The translations under genes and the position numbers were made by a program. From a virus (taxonomy: Duplodnaviria; Caudoviricetes), in the IMG/VR virus record IMGVR_UViG_3300028832_000102, positions 64,015-128,014 of that record: a stretch of DNA of 64,000 bases; one strand, given 5' to 3'. Shown here piece after piece: positions 43,368-54,682 of this stretch. The notes below the pieces were generated by a model that worked only from the letters and a program-made list of their open reading frames with translations, was not told the DNA's origin and ran no database searches. How positions within the stretch are numbered: position 1 is the first letter of the stretch; every line of letters begins with the position of its first letter.

Positions 43368-45925
43368 ATGGCAAGAACAGAAATTCATGTCATCAAGAAG
43401 GACAAGAAGTTCGATGACAAGTATTACGAGGTAAGTGGCGCAATGCGAGGCGCATGGCACATCTGGTCGGAGATAGAAAAGAAATATCTGCCGTCGGTGC
43501 CATTAACGGAAGATAACAAGTATTTCTTCCTGAGTTACAAACCTGACCAGTACCGCAGTCGATTGGGATTGGCGATGCTGTCGTTCCTGCATCCCGAGAA
43601 GAAGGAAGACCCTTGCAAGGAAATATGGGCTTTGGCTTGGGCGAAGGACACGGAATGGAACGACCGCATACTCTTGGAGATGAACAACGACAAGGCTTAC
43701 ATCGCCTACGACGATTTGCACGAGGTGGCCGAGGCGTTGCGCAACAGCGAGTTCGTCAACGACAACATGAAGGGGCAGGCAGATGTTCTCGACAAGATTT
43801 ACGACGAGAATGTTGATGGCGACGTGTTCGGTGTGTGGATTAACGCTACGAGCGTCAACTGCGCCGAGGATTTCATGGATTGCGTCCGAGACGAGAACGG
43901 CGAGGTGATAGAACGTCGCTTGCATTCAGAGGCTTACGACATCATGAAGTTTCTGCGCAAGATGAAGGAGCTTGATTGGGATTTCGAGGCGTATAAGGAA
44001 TGGGCTAATTCGCAGAATGACGATGCCGCATAAGATTGCACTCAACGGATTCGGAAGGCTGGGTAGGCTTGCGCTGATGGCGCAGGCGTTGCCGCTCATG
44101 CCACCAGGTGCGAAACGGGTATTCGAGGATGGCATAGAATCGCTGAAAGACGTGATTAACGAGAAGGACAATCGGAATGTCAGCCTGCGGATGTACCCGA
44201 CACCAACCAGCAGGGAGTTCAAACTGAGACCGCCTGAGTCTGTCGTGACGGATGTCATGGTTGAGACGTCGGACATTCCAAACCCACGATATCACGACCG
44301 CACGTTTCCGAAGGACTACGATAAAAAGAAAAAAGCTAAGCGTCGCCAGCAGAAGCAGGCACGCCGCCGACATTAATCAATAATTACAAAAATAAAGAAT
44401 ATTATGGCAAAAGAGAAAACTACCGAACATGCTTTTGAGATGTTCCAGGCTATCAAGGCAAAATTAAATAGCGACGTGATTAAGGATTACGTAATGCCCT
44501 CTCTGTGCAACATGGAAACAGGCAAAGAGACTGGCTTCGCTGTGATATTGACACTGAACACGAAGTATGATTACACGAACCGTGTTCTTGACGAGTGGAA
44601 GCAGAAGTTTGAAGCCGAGGACTACTACATCAAAGTGCGCCGCAACCAGTTGCAGGTGATGTTTAACGTGATGTTTGACAAGAAAAAGAAGGTTGGATAA
44701 TAGATAAGGAGGGGTGATACATGGCGAAAATAGTAGAGGTGGCTGCTGCGTTGACCAAGTTAAATGATAGACAGGTTCAGGAAATCGCGTATATAATGAA
44801 ACCCGATACCGACATTAAAGACGCAAAAGAACTTTTTTATATAGCAGAAAAAGAAAGGACTTCCCCAAGTTCGCCAAAACAATATGGCATCAGTTTGTTG
44901 AATAAGAAACGTAGAAAGATATAAGCAATATGGAAAATTCAAAGATGGACAATGAGAGATGGAAGCAGGCCGTAGAGGCAGGTTCTAACAATAGTAACTA
45001 TCGTCGCGAGCATGGTATGACCGAGACGCGCGATGATGCCTTTGTGGATGGTGTGCAGTGGGCAGATGAACATCCGCGTAAGGGACTGATAAGCGTTGAC
45101 GACGCCTGTTCCGCATACTGTGCTACTTGCGATACGCAGGAGTGTGGAGGAACTGGTGAGTGCAACTGGGTGGAGAAGTTCAGAAAGAATCTAACTAAGG
45201 AGAAATAGATTATGATATTCAAGTCGATTATTAAGGGTTTGTTTGTGGCCTGTGTCATTGTTGCGATTGCTTTATGGGCAGCGTGGATATTTGCAGCCAT
45301 CTATCGTGGGTTCTGTACCGCGCAAGTGTTTAACTCGATGCTGATGGGTACACTCTGTCTGCTGCTGTGGATGATGGTGCGACGGAACGAGTATCTCATC
45401 GAGGAAAAGAACCACTGGAAACAGCAGTATAACGAATTGGTAGGCCGTATTTTCAAGGGTGAGTTTTTTAAAGATGATAAGCCAATATTCAATGTTGGCG
45501 ATTGGGTCATCAGCAAGACTGATAATTATTTCGATCTGATTACTAATTATAAGGATGGATATTATAGATGCGAGAGTAGTGGCTTTCTCAAATCGTATGA
45601 GGACAGTTATCGCTTATGGCAGTTGAGTGATGCAAAGCCAGGAAATGTGTTATACGCCAAATATACTGGCGAAATTCTTCTCTTTAAGGGATTTGACAAT
45701 GATAAGATTAAGGTGTTCTGCGCCTTCAGCGATGACAAAAGAAATCCTCTTTATGTTTACGATGAAAAAGAATATTATGGTAAAGCAAAATATGACAGAA
45801 GCTTACGCCCTGCAAACGAGATACAAAGAAAACTGCTTTTTGACGAGATGCGTAATCTGGGTTACGAATTGATGCCCGACGGCAACGGCAAATTAAATCT
45901 TGTAAAATTAAATAATAAGGAGTGA
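43368..45925 (+). CDS. Hypothetical genes 43368-44033, ~44023-44376, 44404-44700, 44721-44924, 44930-45208 and 45212-45925
   Basis: Contiguous co-oriented ORFs. Confidence 0.6.
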
Positions 45926-45928
45926 GCG

Positions 45929-46042
45929 ATGATGGACGAAGAAATTAGAGATTTATATCGCAGCGGGTATTCCGTGAAGCAGATTGCCGAATTACTGGCA
46001 ATGACAGAGCAAAGTGTTTTAAGAGCAATTAAGGAGGACTGA
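45929..46042 (+). CDS. Tiny HTH protein (37 aa)
   Basis: Not in the ORF track: MMDEEIRDLYRSGYSVKQIAELLAMTEQSVLRAIKED, bounded by two junction motifs. Confidence 0.6.
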   Translation: MMDEEIRDLYRSGYSVKQIAELLAMTEQSVLRAIKED

Positions 46043-46045
46043 CCT

Positions 46046-46900
46046 ATGGAAGATATCAAAATTAATGGCAAGGCAATCTACACCACTAAGGGGGCGGCAC
46101 GCGAATACGGACGAGTGGGTTGCAACTTCTATACGGGGTGCCCACATGAGTGTGAGTATTGCTACCTGAAGCGTGGTGCGCCATCAAAGCAACTTGGTGG
46201 CAATGTGGTGCAGTTGAAAAAGTGTTTTAAAGATGAAGGCGATGCGCTGGAGGTGTTCTGCAAAGAAACCCGCAAACATATCGACGTACTGAAGCAGACG
46301 GGCGTATTCTTTTCGTTCACCACAGATCCGATGATACCTGATACGAGAGACCTTACACTGTCTGCCATCAACCACTGCATCTATAACGATATCCCTGTAA
46401 AGATACTCACCAAGGATGCAACATTTATTGACTACGAGAGGTTCATACTGAACTTCGGGTCAAATGCGTTCAAGGAACATGTGTTCATTGGATTTACACT
46501 GACTGGTCGTGACGATATGGAGCCGAAGGCCAGCAGTAATATGGATCGTATCGAAGCTATGCGAGAGCTGCATAATGCGGGCTTTAAAACATGGGCCTCG
46601 ATAGAGCCATTCATTGACTGGATAAGCGCACGGATGGTCGTTGATGTATCGCTCAAATGGTGCGACCACTACAAGATAGGTCTGCGCTCAGGCGTGAAGA
46701 AAGACTACTACGACCTCGTACAAAGTGGTTTTCGTCTTAGAGAACTGACAGAGTTGATTTTTTATGAAGGAAAGACCGTCTACCTGAAAGAGTCATGCCG
46801 CTCCCTCCTGCACCGCTGCTTTAACGAAGATACTTATAACGAAATTCTATCCCGCACCGTGGATATGGATGGGAATAAGATTATTATCAAGGAGGAGTGA
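46046..46900 (+). CDS. Radical SAM protein (SplB/photolyase-like)
   Basis: NFYTGCPHECEYCY, FSFTTDP, ILTK, ASIEP. Confidence 0.85.
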   Translation: MEDIKINGKAIYTTKGAAREYGRVGCNFYTGCPHECEYCYLKRGAPSKQLGGNVVQLKKCFKDEGDALEVFCKETRKHIDVLKQTGVFFSFTTDPMIPDTRDLTLSAINHCIYNDIPVKILTKDATFIDYERFILNFGSNAFKEHVFIGFTLTGRDDMEPKASSNMDRIEAMRELHNAGFKTWASIEPFIDWISARMVVDVSLKWCDHYKIGLRSGVKKDYYDLVQSGFRLRELTELIFYEGKTVYLKESCRSLLHRCFNEDTYNEILSRTVDMDGNKIIIKEE

Positions 46901-46903
46901 CCT

Positions 46904-47386
46904 ATGACCGAACAAGAAATCAGGCAGGCATTGGCGAAGGCCGAGGGTGAGTTCATCGACAGGATGGTGGACGTGTTCCGCCGTGCCATGACGGAGGCTT
47001 ACATGAAGGGGCTGATGGACGGGGCGAACCTGGAGCATGATGACGATGCTGCAGAGAAACGGCTGGCAGAGGAAGCGGAGGTGTTGGCGAGCGGTCAGGA
47101 ACCGTTGCCGCACGGCAGCCTGTCTGCAAAGGATAATGACGAGCCGCTGGTGAAATTGAAACCAGAGGCGCGGCTGAAGCGTAAGGTGAGGGCTGCCGAC
47201 TTCTTGGATTGCAAGAATATCCGGCGCATACTGAACCAGTTGAAGGCGCACAATATCGACACCTATGGCGACCTGGCGAGGCTGACGGCAGCGGATGTGA
47301 TGAAGTGGCACAACTTCGGTAAAGGCTGTTTCGAGGAACTGAAGAAGGTGATGAAGATACACAATGTAGAATTTAGAAAAGTATAA
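46904..47386 (+). CDS. Protein with RNA polymerase alpha-CTD-like domain
   Basis: RILNQLKAHNIDTYGDL..DVMKWHNFGKGCFEELK matches alpha-CTD R..N.LK..I..IGDL..NFGKKS..EI. Confidence 0.8.
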   Translation: MTEQEIRQALAKAEGEFIDRMVDVFRRAMTEAYMKGLMDGANLEHDDDAAEKRLAEEAEVLASGQEPLPHGSLSAKDNDEPLVKLKPEARLKRKVRAADFLDCKNIRRILNQLKAHNIDTYGDLARLTAADVMKWHNFGKGCFEELKKVMKIHNVEFRKV

Positions 47387-47390
47387 GACA

Positions 47391-49911
47391 ATGGAAGACT
47401 ATAAGAAAAAATACGAAGAAGCCTTAGAACTTATGAAGGATTGCATACCAGATGAAAATGGCCTGGTGCATGTCAGACCTTGTGACATCTTTTCAGAACT
47501 CAAAGAGAGCGAGGATGAGAGAATAAGGATAAGTTTAATTCATTCGTTTGAATGTTGTCGTGAGCAAGCACCAAACGGTAGCTTCAATGAGTTACCGTAT
47601 AACGACATTATTGCTTGGCTCGAAAAGAAAGGCAACAGCCAGAAAGAAATTGATGATGCTTACCTTAAAGGCATGTCTGATGCAAAACATGAAATAGAGA
47701 AAGAATCAGAAGAAGACAAGAAAATAAGGATAGATATTGCTAATTTTCTCTTCAATTCACATGAGGATATTAAGGATAGAGCTAAATGGATAGATTATTT
47801 AGGTTGCAAAATCAACTTTATTGAAAAGCAAGGTGAGCAAAAGCCTGCTGATGAGATTGAACCAAAGTTCAAGGTCGGTGATACTGTAAGATACAAGTAC
47901 AATCACATTCTTACTAAGCCAAGAACAATAGCAGAGATATGTGGTACTTCCCACTATATAGATACTGATGGTTGCAGAATGGATATGGCTTATACTGATG
48001 CAAACTTTGAAGTTGTAGAAAATCCTGTACCCTCAGTATGGCACGATGCAAGCGAAAGACCAGATGGCAATAGATACGTGCTATGTTATGATGGAAAATA
48101 TGCAAGTGTAGCTTATTTTAAAGAAGTCGTTGGTTGCAAATGGGCTTATGTAGAAGACTTATATAAACTATAAAGACTATGACAAACGAACAAGCAATAA
48201 AGTATCTGCAACAGATATACCCAAACGGTGGTCACAGCTTGCTTGATAGCAAGCGCATAGAGGCTATCGGTATGGCTATTGAAGCATTGAGAGAAGAACC
48301 TGTAAGCGAGGATTTGGAGGAAGAGGTGGATAAGTACATTAGAGATAATTTTACTATTGACAAAGAACAGCTTGACAGGTTTTGTCTTGAAGAAAAGGAC
48401 TATATGTACTCAATGAATAAGAGTGATATGCTTGCAATAGCTCAACACTTTGCCAACTGGCAGAAGCAGCAGATGGAAAAATACCGCATAGCACATTGCA
48501 AGAGCATCAGCAATGAGCAGGCAGAACTAGAATCTGGGTTCGTAACAAGCCATATCGAGAAGAACAATCGTATGCCTACTTTCTTGGATGCTATTGAGTA
48601 TGGAATGGATTTGCAGAAGAAGCTGATGATTATTAAGGAGGGCTGACCTATGACCGAATACGGAATATATTTTATCATCTACGGCTATGCGCTGCCGTTG
48701 TATATCATGCTGATATGGATGTCATGGCGCGTCTATTCAGACTTAAAGAAGGGCGAGAGGTATATATCGTGCTTCTTTCGCGAGTGCTGGCCGCTACTCA
48801 TTCCTGGCGTAAGCCTGTGGGGAGTATGTACGCTACTAATGATTGCATTAGAAGAAGGCTCCTATTGGATCAAAAGACTTTGCAAGACATGGAGTATGGG
48901 TGGATATAAGAAGGATAAAGAACCCGAAAATATAAACTAAAAAACAGCGAGATTATGAAGAAAATTAAGTTTTGTGTTTTGTCAGCATTGACGCTGACGT
49001 TTATCGGCTTGAAGTTGGCTGATAAGATTGACTGGAGTTGGTGGTTGGTATTGTCACCTATGTGGATTTTCGCGATTTTAATCGCTATAAGGCTCGTTAC
49101 CATTCTGTGTCTTTACTGTCTGGATAAGGACTACCGCGAGGCTATCAATGAATACAGAGCCAGCAGAAAACAAGGGAACCATAGGTTGCCAGAAGCGAGT
49201 CAGAGGTTAGCTGATAGGTTGGAGGAGATTAAGCAGGCCAGGCTGGAAAAGTGGGAAAGAGAATCAAATCAAAGTTAGGTGATTATGACAAAGAATGAAT
49301 TTATTCTGAAAGCTATGCTGCAACTGGCAGGCACTGGACAGTACAAGGATCAGTACGAGAGAGTTTATGAAGGCCAATATGAGCGTAAGCGTTTGGTAAC
49401 AAAGGAGAAGCGAATTTTTGACGATGCTGTGAAGTTGGCTGCTACTGCAGAGGCTTTCTTATGGGAAGGTGATGTATCAAACCAGAAAAGTGTATTTGAG
49501 CCTGAGACGAGTCACTCAGAATAGTTGAAGGTCAGTAGAACTTAACTTGAACAAAGCTCTAAGTTAACTTAGACAGAAATAAGGATTCAAACGAATAAGA
49601 TTATGGCAGACAACAGAATGTACCTGCGCTGCAGGGGATGCGGCGAGGCAATGGCGTTGGCGAAGATGAACACGGGCATGGGGTGGTATTCCGTCATGTC
49701 GGCAGAGCATAAGGGACAGGAACTGTTCGACTTCATCGAGAAGCACCAGACTTGCTGCAACACCATCGACGAATACGCCCGCCACGTAGAGTTCGACCGC
49801 GACTTCAAGCCGTTCGACCTGATATATGAGAACGAACCGGACTTCGCGCTGGGCGAGGATTATGTGAAGAAGAACAGAGAAAAAGTAATAAAGGAATTAG
49901 ATAACGAATAG
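47391..49911 (+). CDS. Hypothetical genes 47391-48173, 48179-48646, 48650-48940, 48955-49278, 49285-49524 and 49603-49911
   Basis: Contiguous ORFs, two with TM segments (e.g. IDWSWWLVLSPMW). Confidence 0.6.
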
Positions 49912-49918
49912 GATTATG

Positions 49919-50051
49919 GCAGCCTCTCCGGGTTGATAGAAAACTGACCTACTGGGAAGCTATCTGAAAGCGGAAACGCAAAGTCGAGCGCATGGTCATG
50001 AAGCGCGAGGTAATGGCGGTATTGTGGTTCGAGTCCACACCGGGAGGCTGC
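49919..50051 (+). ncRNA. tRNA-like structured RNA (non-canonical)
   Basis: Closing stem GCAGCCTC(T)CCGG/CCGGGAGGCTGC, T-arm TGTGG-TTCGAGT-CCACA abutting the 3' strand, GCG-GAAA-CGC hairpin, T tract after. Confidence 0.55.
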
Positions 50052-50079
50052 TTTTTAATAACAACTAATTTCACAGATT

Positions 50080-50346
50080 ATGGGACCTAAATTGAAAAAG
50101 TCAGAGATACGGCAGTTCCTCCGAGAGATGCACATCGACGAGATGAAGCGGTTCTCGGAGTTTGCCGAGAAGATGCAGTCGAAGGGGATGGTTAGCGGCG
50201 TTGTGGCCGTGGAGTTCTCTGACGGCATTAAAGGATTCTATTTTATAGAGCCCTGCGACCTAGACGAAACGCTGGCATTCTGTCAGCAGCTGAGCGCAAA
50301 GCGAGTACAGGAGTATATCAAGAAACAGGAAGAATATAAAGACTGA
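50080..50346 (+). CDS. Hypothetical protein
   Basis: 88-aa ORF. Confidence 0.55.
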   Translation: MGPKLKKSEIRQFLREMHIDEMKRFSEFAEKMQSKGMVSGVVAVEFSDGIKGFYFIEPCDLDETLAFCQQLSAKRVQEYIKKQEEYKD

Positions 50347-50349
50347 TTC

Positions 50350-50835
50350 ATGGACACCCGACAACAGCATAACCCGAAAGTATCGCCCGACGAGTGGTAC
50401 ACGCCGAGGTGGATCATCGACGCGCTGGGGCCGTTCGACCTCGACCCGTGCTCGCCGATAGAAAAGCCTTACGAGATAGCGCCCGTGTCGTACACCAAGG
50501 AGGATGACGGACTGGCGCACGACTGGCAGGGCACGGTGTGGATGAACCCGCCGTACAGCCGCGTGCTGCTGCGTCGGTTCTGCGAGAAGATGGCCAAGCA
50601 CAACGAAGGCATCGCCCTGCTGGTCAACCGTCAGGACAACCTGCTCTGGCAGGAGGTTATCTTCCCCTCGGCCCGCTCGATGATTTTCATGCGCCACCGC
50701 GTGAAGTTTCTCCGTCCAGACGGCACCACAGGCAGCCCGTTCTTCGGCTCCTGCCTCGTGGCCTGGGGCGACAAGTGCGACCGCCGGTTGCGTGAGAGTA
50801 AGATTGAAGGAAAGTATGTAGTGCTGAACGCATGA
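50350..50835 (+). CDS. Phage DNA N6-adenine methyltransferase (Dam-like)
   Basis: DEWYTP, FDLDPC, DDGL, VWMNPPYS. Confidence 0.9.
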   Translation: MDTRQQHNPKVSPDEWYTPRWIIDALGPFDLDPCSPIEKPYEIAPVSYTKEDDGLAHDWQGTVWMNPPYSRVLLRRFCEKMAKHNEGIALLVNRQDNLLWQEVIFPSARSMIFMRHRVKFLRPDGTTGSPFFGSCLVAWGDKCDRRLRESKIEGKYVVLNA

Positions 50836-50877
50836 CAATATCTAACAAACATAGATAATTTCAAAATATCAACAATT

Positions 50878-51572
50878 ATGGCAGAAGCAACAAAATACAT
50901 AGCATACATATCGCTGGACTTCCTCAATAACGTGTTTGCCGACAAAGGCTTGCGTACTGAGAAGGAACGGAATGAGTTTGTCGTCAGACTGAAGAACGAT
51001 ATCAACAACTTCATACAGAGCGGCAACGACGCTGTGCTGAGCTCGTGGAAGTGGTACGACAATAACGGCATTGAGCATAACGCCATCGAACTAATGCCCG
51101 TCCGTGTGAGTGACGAGGACGCCCTCTTTGTCAGCAAAGAGCAGTGGGAGGAACTGAAGAAGATACTGACGGCGCAAAACAGGAAGGAGGGATGATCATG
51201 CAGAAAGATTTTAAGTCAGGAATGCTGACCTACAAGGACGAAGAGCCTGTAATGGTTCATGCGCCGAGAGTGGAAATGATGCCGTCGCCACGTCGCGGAA
51301 TCGCTGGATGGGTCAAGGACAGGATTTTCGGTGTGCAGATGAAGCCGCAGGCCGTGATGGTGCTCGACAGACTTTCACAGGAGTTGCTGAAGGAGTATAT
51401 GAAGAACCCGGAACCGCTCAACAATGCAGTGGCGGCGTGCGCTGTGTCGGCTGAGGACATCAAAGAGGCGACCGACCGCATAATCACGCTTGCCCGTGGC
51501 CACCACATCCGCAATGCCGACGGCACCGTGACCGACGTGAGTAATGACCCTAATTATGAATGTAAACAATAA
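50878..51572 (+). CDS. Hypothetical genes 50878-51195 and ~51198-51572
   Basis: ORF track and junction motif. Confidence 0.55.
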
Positions 51573-51578
51573 ACAATT

Positions 51579-51989
51579 ATGAGAGAGATTAAGTTCAGAG
51601 GCAAACACATTACGACGGGTGAGTGGCTGTATGGTAGTCACTACGACGACTGCGGCGAGGAGTATATCCTGCCGAACATGCCTGGCAGTGCAGTTGATTA
51701 CGAGGACTATCAGGTTGACCCAAATACCGTCGGTCAGTACACAGGACTGAAGGACAAGGACGGCAAGGAGATTTACGAGGGTGACATTCTGACTAATGAG
51801 CGCGGAGATATACTCCATGTCGTTGCTTACAGTGAAGAGGAAGCCCGATTTATTGGAATCATTCCCAGCCTGAAAGAGAAGAGCGGGAAACCGTTTACAA
51901 CTGGGCTCAACCAGCCTTGGCTGACGAGTAAAGAAAAGACTATTATCGGCAATATCCATGATAACCCGGAATTATTAAAGGAGGACTGA
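51579..51989 (+). CDS. YopX-family protein
   Basis: MREIKFRGK..TVGQYTGLKDKDGKEIYEGDIL..IIGNIHDNPELL. Confidence 0.92.
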   Translation: MREIKFRGKHITTGEWLYGSHYDDCGEEYILPNMPGSAVDYEDYQVDPNTVGQYTGLKDKDGKEIYEGDILTNERGDILHVVAYSEEEARFIGIIPSLKEKSGKPFTTGLNQPWLTSKEKTIIGNIHDNPELLKED

Positions 51990-51992
51990 CCG

Positions 51993-53365
51993 ATGGAGAA
52001 ACCAAGAAGTATCAGCAGCGGAGAGGCGATGCGCTGGAACGAGGACGTGAACCGTCGCAGGCTGGAGCACCACGAAAGGCGGTGCGCCGAGGATGCCATG
52101 TACCGCAAGGCGTATGAGTATCTTATAGCAGAAGAACGTCTGATGTGGGAACAGATGCACAAGCCGTTTGCGGAAGCAATGGCTGCAGAAGTAGAACTAC
52201 GAAGCCAGTTTATGAAAACCAAGGATGGGAAAGAGGTATTTGTGCCCGTGTCCTGTCCCTGTCATCAGATGCCGGAGAGCGTGGAGCATCAGACTGTAAA
52301 CGACTGCATGAAGGATGCCGACAAGCCACAGCGGGTGAAGACACATGAAGAGGTGCTGCAGGAACGTGCGGCAGTGGAGGCATTCCAGCAGAAGTCTGAA
52401 ATCGAGCGGCTTGCAGCAGGTGGCAACGTCTTGGCAATAGCCGCCATCGCCATGATGTTCGACGACCCAGAGGCTATGAAGCGGCATATAGAGGAACTAA
52501 GGGCTATGAAGCCCTACCTCGACGAAATACGCGAGACAGACAAGCGGTTCAGGAACGAGGAAATCAAGCACAGCGGGTTTGAGTGGTAAACAACAAATTA
52601 TACGAATTATGACACAAGAAACATTTGAACAAGCCAAGAATCTTGTCGATGACATCAAGAACAAGAAGATTATAATCGGCAATCTCACCGAAATGATAGA
52701 CCGCGCAGAGAACAAGAAATACACGGGTTATATTCTCCACGTGGAGTACAAACCCAAGCAATACCTCAATGGATGCACTATTGATTACTACACAATGCCA
52801 GAGCTGCTGCCCGCGCTGAAGCAGGCAAAGGAACGAATGGAGCATGAGGTGCAGGAACTGGAAAGGCAGTTGAAAAAACTATAAGGAGAACTGACCTATG
52901 GCCGATGAGCAACTATCGTATATCCGCGAGCGGTTCCCAACGACCACGGCACTCACGTTAGCCAGGGAGCTAGGCGTCAGCGAATGCACCGTATACAAAT
53001 ATACCCGTCTCATGGGGCTGACGAAAGACCACAAGGCGAGACAGCGCATGCTGAGCAAGTATGGCAAGATGGGCGGATTGGCGAGTGCCAAGCTGAAGAA
53101 AAAAGCTATAAGGAAACGGGAGAAGACAGAGACCTGTCATGACTTGCTTTTGGAACATGCCGACTCCCTCGATACGTTGGCCTCCATGCTCTGCGGCTTC
53201 GGCCGCTACGACTACTTCCCCGACAAGAAAGGAACGGCCATACCCATCGAGGCCGTCCGCCAGTTGCTGCGCATTGGAGCCGTGTTCAAGCCAATTCCCA
53301 TCGAGGCCGTCGGCGAATACCTCAGAATGGGGCATGAGTTCAAGAAACAGAAAAGAAAAAAGTAA
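51993..53365 (+). CDS. Hypothetical genes 51993-52589, 52609-52884 and 52898-53365 (N-terminal HTH)
   Basis: Last gene has LARELGVSECTV. Confidence 0.6.
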
Positions 53366-53536
53366 AGTAAACGATTAACATGATGTCAATAGAAAAATTT
53401 ATCCAGCACCAGACCGTGAGCGGAAGCCTCACGATGGAAGACCGCCTGTACCTCGAACTGCGCGACGTGCAGAAGGTAATACAGATGGTACGGGAAGAAC
53501 GGAACAAAACCACGAATTAAACTAATTTCACGAATT

Positions 53537-53962
53537 ATGACAAAGACGATTTACATCAGTGGTCCTATCACGGACCTTTCGACCGGTCAGCCTCGTGAGG
53601 GCTGGCAGCAGGACTTCCTAGACGCAGAGGAAAAGCTGCGCCGCATGGGGTTCAATGTTATTAACCCCGTGGACATTGCAACGGGAGTGGAGAGTGTTAT
53701 CATGCAGCCCACCCGTGCCGACTACATCATGGCATGTTTGAGAAGAATGAACATTAAGTCTAAAGAGGGACTCCTGCACGGTGTGTATGTCATCGGAGGA
53801 CACATGGAGGCTCTAATGTCGCATGGTGTACAGATGGAGCTGTTACTGGCAGAAGTGCTGAGCATACCGATTTATTCTGAGTGTGAAAACAATCTGCGTA
53901 TCGACAAGACACTTACACCGATGGAAAATCACGAAACAATCAGTAAGCTCTTAAACGAATAG
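53537..53962 (+). CDS. DUF4406 / nucleoside deoxyribosyltransferase-like protein
   Basis: IYISGPIT..F..AE..L..GF.VINP..S.G..ME..A..L.IPI. Confidence 0.75.
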   Translation: MTKTIYISGPITDLSTGQPREGWQQDFLDAEEKLRRMGFNVINPVDIATGVESVIMQPTRADYIMACLRRMNIKSKEGLLHGVYVIGGHMEALMSHGVQMELLLAEVLSIPIYSECENNLRIDKTLTPMENHETISKLLNE

Positions 53963-54043
53963 GTTTAAAATAAATCGCCCTTTACAAAACCATCCGTAGG
54001 ACGTAGATTGTGAAGTGAAGTGAACTGAAAACGTAAAATCAAG

Positions 54044-54331
54044 ATGGAAATTACAGGAAATGTTATTGCGGTACTACCAGCCCATAGCGGCGTATCGCAA
54101 AGAAGTGGCAACCCTCGCCGTATGTGTTTTGGGATTTTTGGCGAAGAACGTATCAAGCAGTTCAACCTGCATCAGGGCGAACAAAACATCACAGTGCAGT
54201 TTGATATCGATGCACGCGAGTACAACGGACGCTGGTACAACGAGATTCGTGCCTACAACATTGTTCGTCCTTATACTCCGCAGGTTCAGACAACTGCACC
54301 AGCAGCTCCAGTCGAAGCCCCACCCTTCTGA
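54044..54331 (+). CDS. DUF3127-like OB-fold (SSB-like) protein, apparently internally deleted
   Basis: MEITGNVIAVLP..SGVS..SGNP, VQFDIDAREYNGRWYNEIRAY, C-terminal PF. Confidence 0.75.
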   Translation: MEITGNVIAVLPAHSGVSQRSGNPRRMCFGIFGEERIKQFNLHQGEQNITVQFDIDAREYNGRWYNEIRAYNIVRPYTPQVQTTAPAAPVEAPPF

Positions 54332-54372
54332 CATATTTAAGTATAGAAACAACGTTATGATTTTAAAAAGCG

Positions 54373-54681
54373 ATGAGAAGAAAAAGCGAAATACGCCAAT
54401 CAGCAGTGCCAGACTTTAATCAGTTCTGGGACGCATACAGGATAAAGAAAGACAAGAAAGCAGCCGAATCGGCATGGAACCGCCTTTCGACAAAAGACCG
54501 CCGTCTTGCCGTTGCTGGCATCACCGCCTATCGAGAGGATTGCCAGCGTTGTGGCATCAGCATGATGTATGCCCAGGGGTATCTGAACCACCATCGGTGG
54601 GAGGACGAGATAGAGGAAGACGAGGGTAGTATCCCCCGCCCTACCCCTCAGAAAATTTTCACAGAGATAGAGGAATGGTAA
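54373..54681 (+). CDS. Phage replication-organiser C-terminal-like small protein
   Basis: FNQFWDAY..KKDKKAA..AW..L..YLN..RWEDE. Confidence 0.6.
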   Translation: MRRKSEIRQSAVPDFNQFWDAYRIKKDKKAAESAWNRLSTKDRRLAVAGITAYREDCQRCGISMMYAQGYLNHHRWEDEIEEDEGSIPRPTPQKIFTEIEEW

Positions 54682-54682
54682 A

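Noticed and set aside
49919-50051. Canonical tRNA gene
   Set aside because: No recognisable D-arm/anticodon geometry or CCA; kept only as tRNA-like.
37535-51790. YopX near-duplicates as a DGR template/variable repeat pair
   Set aside because: Mismatches involve all bases and are mostly synonymous, not adenine-specific; no reverse transcriptase in the window.
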